DNA of 64,000 nt from an uncultured bacterium (GTDB lineage: Bacteria; Zhuqueibacterota; QNDG01; DTFT01), in assembly GCA_963736115.1 (NCBI GenBank), contig CAVTNR010000012.1:320001-384000 (forward strand), written 5' to 3'. The notes beneath the pieces are model-generated. The model was given only the letters and a program-made list of their open reading frames with translations, had not been told where the DNA came from and searched no databases. Positions within the stretch are counted from its first letter, which is position 1, and each line of letters begins with the position of its first letter. This document shows, piece after piece, positions 38,578-48,080 of the stretch. The translations under genes and the position numbers were made by a program.

Positions 38578-41316
38578 TCAATCCGCCTTGATCATTTTGA
38601 TGGCTTGAACGCGACCGTTGGATTCCAGGCGGCAGATGTATACGCCCGCCGCCGCATCGGAACCGGACTCATCCCGGCCGTCCCAGTCCGCGCGGTATTC
38701 GCCCGCGGGCCGCCATCCGGCCACCAGCTCCCGCACGCGCCTGCCCCGCACATCGTAAACCGTCAATCCCGCATCGCCCGGCTTGTCCAGGCGGTAATGC
38801 ACCGAGGTCCCGGGGTTGAACGGATTCGGATAATTCCAGTCCAGGCCGAATCCCGTTGGATTCGGCCTTCCGCTGCCGACACCGGTCACAACCGTCGGCG
38901 CAAGCAGTGTCTCCCGCTCGTTCAGACTGAAACGCTCCCACACCACGGTCCCGCCCTCATCCGCACAGCGGAACCTCAGTTTCAGGAACACGCCTGCCTC
39001 GTTCACAGGACTCGCTCCGTACAGTGCGATCTTCCACAGGCCGTCCGAGGGGCCGCTGGCTTCTGTCTGATACCCTTCCGTCAGCTCCGTTGTCTCAGCG
39101 CCTTCGAATGTCAGGCCCGATCCCTCGAGCCGGAACCAAACGTCCGCGGCGAGAAGGCCCGAATTCGCCTCCACGGTCAGCGGGACTTCCACAATCTTTT
39201 CGGACAAAGCCGCCCCGACCCGCGACGGCGCGGCCGCACTACCTGCATCGGCCTTTTCAGCGCCGGATGTCGAACCCCAGTTCTCGCTCACATCCCCGGT
39301 CACCCAGCAGGCGAAATTCTGGTTCCGGTAGCCCCTGTCCATCACGGGGTATGTGTATTTTCCCGGATTGAACCGCCAGCGGCCGATTTTGGAAGCCGCG
39401 TCGTTCTTTTTACCCACCGCGTACCGCGCGATATAAGTCGCGTCCAGCGCGTTCACATCAAGGCTGGAATCCGCGTCCGCCGCCATCTTCTGTGTGGCGG
39501 ACAGAGTGTCCAGGCCCGCGCACTTCAGCAGAACCAGGGACGCGTCATAGGCTGTGATCACGCCGGTGCCGAGGTCCTCGGCTCTCGGCTTGGACGGCGT
39601 CACGGTCAGGTTGGTGACGCCGTAATTGATGGGATAGAAGCCGTAGAGGCCCGCGACATCCGTGTAATCGGTCTGGGTCATGGATCCGGTCAATTTCACC
39701 GCGGCCTGGATGACGGGCCGGTTCGTCCGGACATGCTTCGCTTCACCCTCAACTGCCACCACGCCGTATTGGGTCGAGTTTTCCTCCGTGATGGTCATGA
39801 ACTGGTCAGCCATGAGCCCGATCCAACGCTGGACAATGCCGCTCGGCCAGTGGATGCGGACGGAATCGACGCTGACGCTTGAGCCGAGGCCGAAATGCAC
39901 CCAAAAGCTGTCGGTCTTGTACCCGCCGCCGCCCAGCACCTGCCGCATCTGCTTCTTTCCGCCATCGTAGTAGAGCACCACGCGCGCGCCCACGGCCATG
40001 CGGTTCGACTGCACACCGACGAGCTTGAACTGGATCCAGTGGTTGGGGCCTCCGTCGTTCATGAACAGGGTCGCGGAAATGCCCTCCAGCACGGGCCCCT
40101 TGGTCATGTAAATGTCCAGGTACCCGTCACGGTTGTAGTCTCCAATCGGCGTGCTCCAGTACCATTCGTAATCCTCGCGCACGCCGGCCGCGGCCGAGCA
40201 CTCCGTGAACGTGCCGTCGCCGTTGTTGTTGAAGAGCAGGAGCCGCAGTCCGTTCCGGGTGACGATGAACAGCTCCTGGTCCCCGTCATTGTCGAAATCG
40301 CCGGTGGAAAGACCGCCGCCGAACACCGAGCCCTCACGGTAGATCACGACCGAGTCAACGCCCGCGGCGGGCGCCACGTTGGCGAAGATGTTGGAGCCGT
40401 TGTTCCGGTAGAGCTGGCAGGCATAAGCCTGCCTGCGGATGAACAGGTCCCAGTCAAGGTCATTGTCATAGTCAAAGAAAATGGCGCCCACATTGTAGCT
40501 GTCGCGCGGAATGTTGTAACGCGCCGACTCTTCCCACAATGTGGCGTTTCCGTTGTTGCGCAGCAGCATCGACCCCGCGTCATACCTCGGCACATAGATG
40601 TCCGTGTCTCCGTCGAGGTCGACGTCGGCCATGGCGAATCCGTACAGGTCCTTGAACGTCGGCACGTGGTTCCAGAGGTCCGCCTCTCGTGTCCGGTCAT
40701 AGAACCACCCGTTCCGGTCATTGCGGTACATGAGAAAAAGCGTGTTGTCGTCGCCCTGGGGATAGGAGTCACGCGTGCCGAACACGTCGACATACCCGTC
40801 GTTATTGTAATCAATGAAAGCGATGGACCGGCAGTGAAAGGTGCGGGGGCTCACGTCCAGACCGCATTTCTGGTCCACGAAAGTCCCGTTGCCCAGGTTC
40901 CGGTACATCAGCGCCTCGTTCTCCTGGTTCCCCATACCGATCAGCATGTCCGGATGGCCGTCATTGTCGTAGTCCGCCACCGCGAATCCCTGGGCGCTGG
41001 GGAAACGATACCCCTCCACGCCCGCCGCAACCGTGACGTTCTCGAACAAACCCAGGTTTTTCGGGTTCTTGAGGAGGGTGTGCGGGAGGTTGATCCAGTT
41101 CCCCTCGCTCGTGTTGTGGACGACGAAGATGTCCTCCCACCCGTCGTTGTTGTAGTCCACGAACCCGGATCCATGCGTGTTGCAGACCACCACGGTGTTG
41201 GTGGCCAGTCCGACATCCGTGAAATGGAACGGCCCCGAGACAGCGACGGCCGCGCCATGCGCCAGAAGGCAGGCGCCAGCGAGGCGCAAGCGTTTGATTC
41301 CGGTGAGAGTGGTCAT
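38578..41316 (-). CDS. secreted FG-GAP/ASPIC-UnbV protein with dockerin-like, cohesin-like and FlgD/T9SS-like C-terminal domains (paralog 1)
   Basis: Repeated D(Y/F)DNDG..D+L..N.G.G.F; SN..AVGARV...QMRQV.GG.GY...HFGLG...WPSG; TAYDA..AAD.D...NALDA..WRF..GDVS.NW; NYPNPFNP...WDGRD..G...GVY. Confidence 0.9.
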   Translation of the reverse strand: MTTLTGIKRLRLAGACLLAHGAAVAVSGPFHFTDVGLATNTVVVCNTHGSGFVDYNNDGWEDIFVVHNTSEGNWINLPHTLLKNPKNLGLFENVTVAAGVEGYRFPSAQGFAVADYDNDGHPDMLIGMGNQENEALMYRNLGNGTFVDQKCGLDVSPRTFHCRSIAFIDYNNDGYVDVFGTRDSYPQGDDNTLFLMYRNDRNGWFYDRTREADLWNHVPTFKDLYGFAMADVDLDGDTDIYVPRYDAGSMLLRNNGNATLWEESARYNIPRDSYNVGAIFFDYDNDLDWDLFIRRQAYACQLYRNNGSNIFANVAPAAGVDSVVIYREGSVFGGGLSTGDFDNDGDQELFIVTRNGLRLLLFNNNGDGTFTECSAAAGVREDYEWYWSTPIGDYNRDGYLDIYMTKGPVLEGISATLFMNDGGPNHWIQFKLVGVQSNRMAVGARVVLYYDGGKKQMRQVLGGGGYKTDSFWVHFGLGSSVSVDSVRIHWPSGIVQRWIGLMADQFMTITEENSTQYGVVAVEGEAKHVRTNRPVIQAAVKLTGSMTQTDYTDVAGLYGFYPINYGVTNLTVTPSKPRAEDLGTGVITAYDASLVLLKCAGLDTLSATQKMAADADSSLDVNALDATYIARYAVGKKNDAASKIGRWRFNPGKYTYPVMDRGYRNQNFACWVTGDVSENWGSTSGAEKADAGSAAAPSRVGAALSEKIVEVPLTVEANSGLLAADVWFRLEGSGLTFEGAETTELTEGYQTEASGPSDGLWKIALYGASPVNEAGVFLKLRFRCADEGGTVVWERFSLNERETLLAPTVVTGVGSGRPNPTGFGLDWNYPNPFNPGTSVHYRLDKPGDAGLTVYDVRGRRVRELVAGWRPAGEYRADWDGRDESGSDAAAGVYICRLESNGRVQAIKMIKAD

Positions 41317-41317
41317 G

Positions 41318-42310
41318 TCATGCTTCTCCCGTCTGGGGTGAACGGCCGTCCCGCATGGGAATCCGCGTGATGGTATACCCGGCATCCGGGTGAATGGTCC
41401 TCGTCCACCTGAACATTTTCGAAAACACAACTCCGGCCACGGGCAGACGTTTGAGGCCGTCCAGAATACGGGCGGCCGAACGGCTGTAGTCGAAAGGCGG
41501 CTTCGTGTAATCGTACGCGTGCATGTCCTGAAAACGGTCCTCGAATCCGAACCGCGTTACCAGCATGTCCGGATGCTGGGACTCAAAGGCTTCGATCATC
41601 CGCCGCTTCATCCGGAGCTGTTCTTCCGTCATGGCCAGGCGGTACACGGGATCCGGACGCACCGGCTCCGGCGGATAGCCGGTTGCGGTGAAAGGGACGA
41701 ACCGGATCAGGCCGGACAGGATCTTCTCCGGAGTCGTGCGGAACGACAGATAAAAATTGTATTCCGGCGATTCGAACACGCGTCCCTTGAATCCGGAACT
41801 GCGGACGGCCTCGGCTGTCATGTAATTCACGACATCGTGCTGATAATGACCGCCTTCGTACAGCGGTATAAAAATCGTTTCCGGTTTACGGTTCCGGATT
41901 TCCGCTTCGATTATCCCGATGCAGGCGTCGATTTCCTCCCTTGCGGTCAGGCCGGTCAGGGAAGAATACTCCAGAAACCGGATGTCTGTCTCTTTCACGC
42001 CGGCCAGAGCCCAGGCGGCCAGGGCCTCGGACCGTCTTGCAGGAGTCCCATTCTCCATTCCGTCGGTCACATAAAGGACGCGAACGTTTCCGCCTTTCTC
42101 TTTCGTCTGCAGGCCGTAACCGCCGGCAATGGCCACGCAATCATCCTGATGGGGCGCGATGATGAGGATGTCTTCTCCGCCTGCCTCGATCGGCCTGAAC
42201 CGGCGCTTCCGCAACCGGGTCCGCACCCACAGCAGGAAAGCTGCAACCATAATCGCGGCATAAAGAACCGCGAGGATAATGAGAACCGTCCAGAGCATCC
42301 GGAGTATCAT
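41318..42310 (-). CDS. membrane-anchored PIG-L/LmbE family deacetylase
   Basis: N-terminal TM; IIAPHQDD, VTDG, RR.EA, EGGH.QHD, F.SQ. Confidence 0.85.
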   Translation of the reverse strand: MILRMLWTVLIILAVLYAAIMVAAFLLWVRTRLRKRRFRPIEAGGEDILIIAPHQDDCVAIAGGYGLQTKEKGGNVRVLYVTDGMENGTPARRSEALAAWALAGVKETDIRFLEYSSLTGLTAREEIDACIGIIEAEIRNRKPETIFIPLYEGGHYQHDVVNYMTAEAVRSSGFKGRVFESPEYNFYLSFRTTPEKILSGLIRFVPFTATGYPPEPVRPDPVYRLAMTEEQLRMKRRMIEAFESQHPDMLVTRFGFEDRFQDMHAYDYTKPPFDYSRSAARILDGLKRLPVAGVVFSKMFRWTRTIHPDAGYTITRIPMRDGRSPQTGEA

Positions 42311-42326
42311 ATTCCAAAAATGCCAA

Positions 42327-45089
42327 TCACTGCATTTTCACCATCTTGATTGTCCGGACGCGTCCGCCGGACTCCAGACGGCAGACATAGACGCCTGCCG
42401 CAGTCTCAAGCCCGGAATCGTCCCGGCCGTCCCAGTCCGCGCTGTATAAACCGGCCGACCGCCAGCCCTGGACCAGCTCCCGGACACGCCGGCCCCGCAC
42501 GTCGAATACCGTCAAACCCGCATCGCCCGGTTTGTCCAGCCGGTAATGAACCGAAGTCCCCGGGTTGAACGGGTTCGGATAATTCCAATCCAGACCGAAT
42601 CCCCGAGGAACCGCACCCCTATCCCCGACTCCGGAAACCAGCGTCTCCGGGAGCCGCATCTCCCGCTCGTTCAGGGCGAAACGCTCCCACACCACGGTCC
42701 CGCCCTCGTCCGTGCAGCGGAACCTCAGATTCAGGAACACACCCGTCTCGTTCACCGGACGCGCCCCGTACAGCGCGATCTTCCACAAACCGTCCGACGG
42801 GCCATGCCATTCCGTCTGATAATCCTGCGTCAGTTCCGTTGTCTCCAAGCCTTCGAATGTCACGCCCGATCCTTCCAGCCGGAACCACACGTCCGCGGCC
42901 AGTAGACCCGAGTTCGCCTCCACGGTCAGCGGGACCTCCACGATTCCTTCGGACGCAACCGCCCCGATCCCCGACGGCGCGGCCGCGCTGCCTGCGCCGG
43001 ACTTCACCGGGCCGGGCGTCGAACCCCAGTTCCCGCTGACATCCCCGATCACCCGTCCGGCGAAATCCCGGCCGAACAGGGGTTCGGTCATGACCGGAAT
43101 GGACAGGCTGTCCGGGCTGAAAACCCATTCCCCCACAAACGACAGGCCCTGGTCCGTCAGGCCGACGGCGTGTCGCGCGATCAGGGCCGCGTCCAGGACA
43201 CTCAGCGTGTCGTCCCGGTCCGCGTCCGCTCCGTTCCTTCTCGCCGCTCCCATGGTGTCGAGCCCGACCAGGGCGCGGAGGACCAGGGCCGCGTCATAGG
43301 CCGTGATCACAGTATCCCGCACATCCTCACCCGCGTGTTTCACCGGAGTCAGGACGAGCTTCTCGGTGCCTGCGGGAACGGGATAAAAACGGTATCCGCC
43401 GTTTTCATCCGTTGTGTCCGAGACGGACATCCCGCCCGTCAGCCGCAGAACGGTACGTGAAACCGGCCGTCCGGACGGCGCTTGTCGGACCGCGCCTTCG
43501 ATGAAAAGATTCTCGTACCCGAGATCCGGATCGCCTTCCGTGACGGAAACGAACTGGCCCGGCGCGATGCCCGTCCACTTCTGCACGGTCCCGGCAGGCC
43601 AGTGGATGATCAGGCTGTCCACGACCGAAGCCGACCCGAGCCCGAAATGAACCCAGGTGCTGTTGGTCTTGTAACCCTCGCCGCCCAGCACCTGGCGCAT
43701 CTGCTTCTTTCCGTCCGCGACCAGGACAAGACGGCTGCCGACCGCGGAGCGGTTGCTGGTGACCCCGGTCAGGTGAAATTGGATCCACTGATTCGAAGAG
43801 AAGGCGCCGCTGGTGTTCCGGTACAGATGCCCCCCGCCCTTGGGATCGGAGGAATTGCTCCTGGCCATGTACACGTCCAAAAATCCGTCATGGTCGTAAT
43901 CCGCGACAGGCGCGGTCCAGTAATCCCAGAGGTCCTCGCGCAGGCCCGCGGACTCTGCAATTTCCGTGAACGTGCCGTCTCCGTTGTTCCGGTACAGCAG
44001 GAGTTCCATGGCCCACCGGGTGATCACCAGCAGGTCGACGTCTCCGTCATTGTCGAAATCGCCGGTGGACAAACCGCCGCCGAACACATTGTCGCTGACA
44101 TACTGGACGGTATGATTGACGCCCGCGGACGCGCCGACCTCGGTGAACCGGCCGTTCCCGTTGTTCCGGAAAAGCAACGCGGGCCTGAACGCGCGGCGGA
44201 CGTAGAGATCCCAATCCCCGTCGTTGTCATAATCGAAAAACACGGCGCCCACGAAATAGGTTTCGCCGTAAGTGGGAGCCGGAAAACCCCAGTCCCGAAA
44301 CCGGTCCTGCAGTCCGCCTTTTCCGTCGTTGATGAGCATGACGGAGGCTGCTTCGCGGCGCGGCACGAAAATGTCCTGATCCCCGTCCAGGTCCACGTCC
44401 GCCGTGGCGAATCCGTACAGGTCGCCGGGCGTGGCGAAGAGGGTGTTCAGACCCGCGTGGCCACGCTCAAAGGCCCACCGGCCCACGTTCATGTACGTGA
44501 CCACGAGCGGCAGTTCAGGCGGATACTCGGGCAGTCTGGAACAGGAGATGAAGAACAGATCCAGCAGACCGTTGTTGTCGAGATCGATGAACGAGACACC
44601 CCTCGCCCGGTAGGTATAAGCGCCGTCCAGCTGGCCCACATCCACGGCCGTGAACGTGTTGTTTCCGTCGTTATGGTACACGAGCGCCCTGTCGAAATTG
44701 CTCCCGCATGCGACCACCATGTCCATGGCGCCGTCATTGTCATAGTCCGCGGCCGCGAATCCCTGCGCGGACTGGGTGAGCAGGCCCTGGACCCCCGCCT
44801 GCCCGGCCACATCGATGAACCTTCCGTCCTTCTGATTCTCCAGCAGGGCGTGCGGAAACGATCTCCATGAGCCGATGCTGGAATTGTGCACGACAAAGAT
44901 GTCGTCCCATCCGTCCCCGTTGTAATCGAAAAATCCGGAACCATGCAGATTGACCCGCACAACGGAGTTCGTGGATTCACCCACGTCTTCGAACGTGATC
45001 TGTGCCCGGGTCTGCCCGAAAAGCATGGAAATAAATATTCCCAGCATAGCCGTCAACCAGGGCCTTCCGGAAATGAAGCGGGTGATCAT
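42327..45089 (-). CDS. secreted FG-GAP/ASPIC-UnbV dockerin-cohesin protein (paralog 2)
   Basis: 920 aa; same architecture as paralog 1; signal peptide ending TRAQ. Confidence 0.9.
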   Translation of the reverse strand: MITRFISGRPWLTAMLGIFISMLFGQTRAQITFEDVGESTNSVVRVNLHGSGFFDYNGDGWDDIFVVHNSSIGSWRSFPHALLENQKDGRFIDVAGQAGVQGLLTQSAQGFAAADYDNDGAMDMVVACGSNFDRALVYHNDGNNTFTAVDVGQLDGAYTYRARGVSFIDLDNNGLLDLFFISCSRLPEYPPELPLVVTYMNVGRWAFERGHAGLNTLFATPGDLYGFATADVDLDGDQDIFVPRREAASVMLINDGKGGLQDRFRDWGFPAPTYGETYFVGAVFFDYDNDGDWDLYVRRAFRPALLFRNNGNGRFTEVGASAGVNHTVQYVSDNVFGGGLSTGDFDNDGDVDLLVITRWAMELLLYRNNGDGTFTEIAESAGLREDLWDYWTAPVADYDHDGFLDVYMARSNSSDPKGGGHLYRNTSGAFSSNQWIQFHLTGVTSNRSAVGSRLVLVADGKKQMRQVLGGEGYKTNSTWVHFGLGSASVVDSLIIHWPAGTVQKWTGIAPGQFVSVTEGDPDLGYENLFIEGAVRQAPSGRPVSRTVLRLTGGMSVSDTTDENGGYRFYPVPAGTEKLVLTPVKHAGEDVRDTVITAYDAALVLRALVGLDTMGAARRNGADADRDDTLSVLDAALIARHAVGLTDQGLSFVGEWVFSPDSLSIPVMTEPLFGRDFAGRVIGDVSGNWGSTPGPVKSGAGSAAAPSGIGAVASEGIVEVPLTVEANSGLLAADVWFRLEGSGVTFEGLETTELTQDYQTEWHGPSDGLWKIALYGARPVNETGVFLNLRFRCTDEGGTVVWERFALNEREMRLPETLVSGVGDRGAVPRGFGLDWNYPNPFNPGTSVHYRLDKPGDAGLTVFDVRGRRVRELVQGWRSAGLYSADWDGRDDSGLETAAGVYVCRLESGGRVRTIKMVKMQ

Positions 45090-45120
45090 GACCGCTTTTC
45101 TTTAACGTAAGGCATTTTTA

Positions 45121-45149
45121 AATATACACCTTCTATATTAAAAAAACAA
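45121..45149 (-). promoter_or_regulatory. sigma70-type promoter for paralog 2
   Basis: TTGTTT-17 nt-TATATT in an AT-rich gap; inverted repeat TTAAGT-AATA-ACTTAA upstream at 45182-45197. Confidence 0.45.
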
Positions 45150-45228
45150 ACAAACACCACTTAAATTGCGCTATGTTGTTGTTAAGTAATAACTTAATTC
45201 ATTTTTAAGACCGGATTCCCGGTTCAGT

Positions 45229-47990
45229 TCACTGTATTTTGATCATCTTGATCGTCCGGACGCGTCCACCGGATCCCAGGCGGCAGATGTACACACCCGC
45301 CGAAGCCTCAAGTCCGGACTCATCCCGGCCGTCCCAGTCCGCTCGGAATTCACCCGCGGGCCGCCATCCAGCCACCAGCTTCCGCACGCGCCGGCCCCGC
45401 ACATCATAAACCGTCAAACCCGCATCGCCCGGCTTGTCCAGCCGGTAATGAACCGAGGTCCCGGGATTGAACGGGTTCGGGTAATTCCAGCCCAAACCGA
45501 ATCCCGAAGGAACCGGCCTGCCGCTCCCCACGCCGGTCACAACCGTCGGCGCAAGCATCGTCTCCCGCTCGTTCAAGGCGAAACGCTCCCACACCACGGT
45601 CCCGCCATCATCCGTACAGCGGAACCTCAGCTTCAGGAACACGCCCGCCACTTTCACCGGACGGGATCCGTACAGGGCGATCTTCCACAGGCCGTCCGTG
45701 GGACCGCTGGTTTCCGTCTGATAGTCCTTCGTCAGCTCCGTTGTCTCAACGCTTTCGAATGTCAGGCCCGATCCCTCCAGCCGGAACCACCCGTCCGCGG
45801 CGAGAAGACCGGAGTTCGACTCCACAGTCAGTGGAACCTCCACCGCGTCTCCGGACAGAGGACCGCTGATCCGCGACGGCGCGGCCGCTTTCACAGAACC
45901 CGTTTTCCCGGGACTCAGCGGCACGCCCCAGTTCGCGCTGACATCGCCGATGACCCGGCATTGGAAATCCTGGCCGGTCACGGATCCGCTGAGGACCTCG
46001 ATGAAACGGACGGCCGGATCGAAGAGCCAGCCTCCTGCAAACGAAATTCCGTCAATGCGCCTGCCCACGGCATAACGCGCGATAAAAGCCGCGTCCAGCG
46101 CATTCACGTTTCCGTCGCGGTCCGCGTCCGCGGCAGCGGTCTCGTCCGAATCCAGCCTTTCCAGCCCCGCCACATGGCGAAGAACCAGTGACGCGTCATA
46201 GGCGGTGACTGTGTTGAAACCCACATCCTCGCCGACCGTTTTCAATGGCGTCAGCACCAGATCCCGGGTGCCGTCCAGAACCGTGGTGAAACGGAATGTG
46301 CCGTCCGGGCCTGTCGGGACAGCCGCGGCCATGCCGCCTGTCATGCGCAGGGTCGCGCGGTTGACGGGATACCCGGTCGGGTTGTGCCGTACACGCCCCT
46401 CCACGGATCCGGCCGCATATTCCGGTTCGGGGGCACCCTCGGTCACGGAAATGAAATGGCAGGCCGGGATGCTGTTCAGGCGCTGAACCGCCCCGCTCGG
46501 CCAGGTGATGGTCAGGTTGTCCACAGTGGATGCCGTCCCGAGTCCGAAATGGACCCAGGAGCTGTTGGTCATGTACCCCGCGCCGCCCAGCACCTGGCGC
46601 ATCTGCTTTTTTCCGCCCGCGGTCAGCAACAGCCGGCTCCCGACCGCGGACCGGTTGCTCGCCACACCGGTCAGGCGGATCTGGATCCACTTGTTGGCCG
46701 GGGTTCGAGCGCTGGTGTTCCGGTACAGGTGGCCTCCGCCCCTGGGATCGGAGGAATTGCTCCTCGCGAAATAAATATCCAGGAATCCGTCCCGGTCATA
46801 GTCCCCGACCGGCGCGCTCCAGTAATCGTAGAGATCCTCGCGCAGACCCGCGGATTCGGCGGTTTCCGTGAACGTGCCGTTCCCGTTGTTCCGGAAGAGC
46901 AGGAGCTCCATGCCCCACTCGGTGATCACGAGCAGATCCACGTCCCCGTCATTGTCGAAGTCGCCCGTGGAAAGGCCCCCGCCGAAACAGCTGTTGCCCG
47001 TGTACGGAACGGTCAGGCCGACACCGGCTGACGCGCCGACTTCCGTGAACCGTCCGGCGCCTGTGTTTCTGAAGAGCAGGGCCGGCCTGTAGGCGCGGCG
47101 TACGAACAGATCCCAGAAACCGTCATTGTCGAAATCCAGGAAAACCGCGCCCGTGTAATAGGTCTCGCCCGCGGAAGGGGACGGCAGTCCCCACGCGATG
47201 AACCGGTCCGTGAAGGACCCGCTCCCGTCGTTGATCAGCAACAGGGATTGCGTGTCGCGCCGCGGGACGAAAATGTCGGGGTCGCCGTCCAGGTCCACAT
47301 CCGCGACCGCGAACCCGTACAGGTCGCCGTCCGTCGCGAGCCAGGAGCCCAGCCCCGCGTTCCGTGCGGGTGAAGGAACCGTCTCCGTTGTTCCGGTACG
47401 CCACGCATGCGGGCAGTTCAGGCGTGTAATCCGGCGTCCGCGTGGAGCAGAAGAAGAACAGGTCCAGCCGGCCGTCATTGTCGATGTCAATGAACGCGAC
47501 ATTCCGGGCCCCGGTAGGTGTAATGCCCGGCCGTCAGCCCCGCGTCCGCGATCGCGTACGTGCCGTCGCCGCGATTGCGGTAGAGAAGCGCCTTGTCATT
47601 GTTGTTGCCGCATGCGATCATCAGGTCCGTGTGCCCGTCATTGTCGTAATCAGCGGCCGCGAATCCCTGCGCGGACTGGACCCACAGTCCCTGACAGCCG
47701 GCGGCTTCGGCGACGTCTTCAAACCGGTTGTTCCGCAGGTTCTTCAGCAGGGCGTTCGGAAAACTCCTCCAGGCGCCCAGGCTGGAATTGTGCACGACAT
47801 AGATGTCGTCCCACCCGTCTCCGTCGGCATCGAAAAATCCGGAGCCGTGCAGGTTGACCCGCACAATCGAGTTCGTGGATTCACCCGCATCCTGGAACGT
47901 GATCTGGGCCTGGGCCGGACGGAGAACCGGCAGGCACCCGATCCAGACCAGGGCCAGGATCCGGAATCCCGCGGGAACGCGGCGGTTCAC
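45229..47990 (-). CDS. secreted FG-GAP/ASPIC-UnbV dockerin-cohesin protein (paralog 3), two 1-nt frameshifts (~47510, ~47363)
   Basis: ORFs 47487-48071, 47123-47404 and 45229-47502 join into one protein collinear with paralog 2 after removing two extra G. Confidence 0.88.
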
Positions 47991-48080
47991 GGTAATGGTT
48001 CCCGTCGTGAGTTGATCACCCGATACGCGCCTTCCTGACCGGGAAACCTGAAACGTCCTTCCGGTTTCCACCGGTCATTT

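Noticed and set aside
38578-45890. Near-identical C-terminal segments as diversity-generating retroelement TR/VR
   Set aside because: No reverse transcriptase; all copies are coding and the differences are not restricted to adenines.
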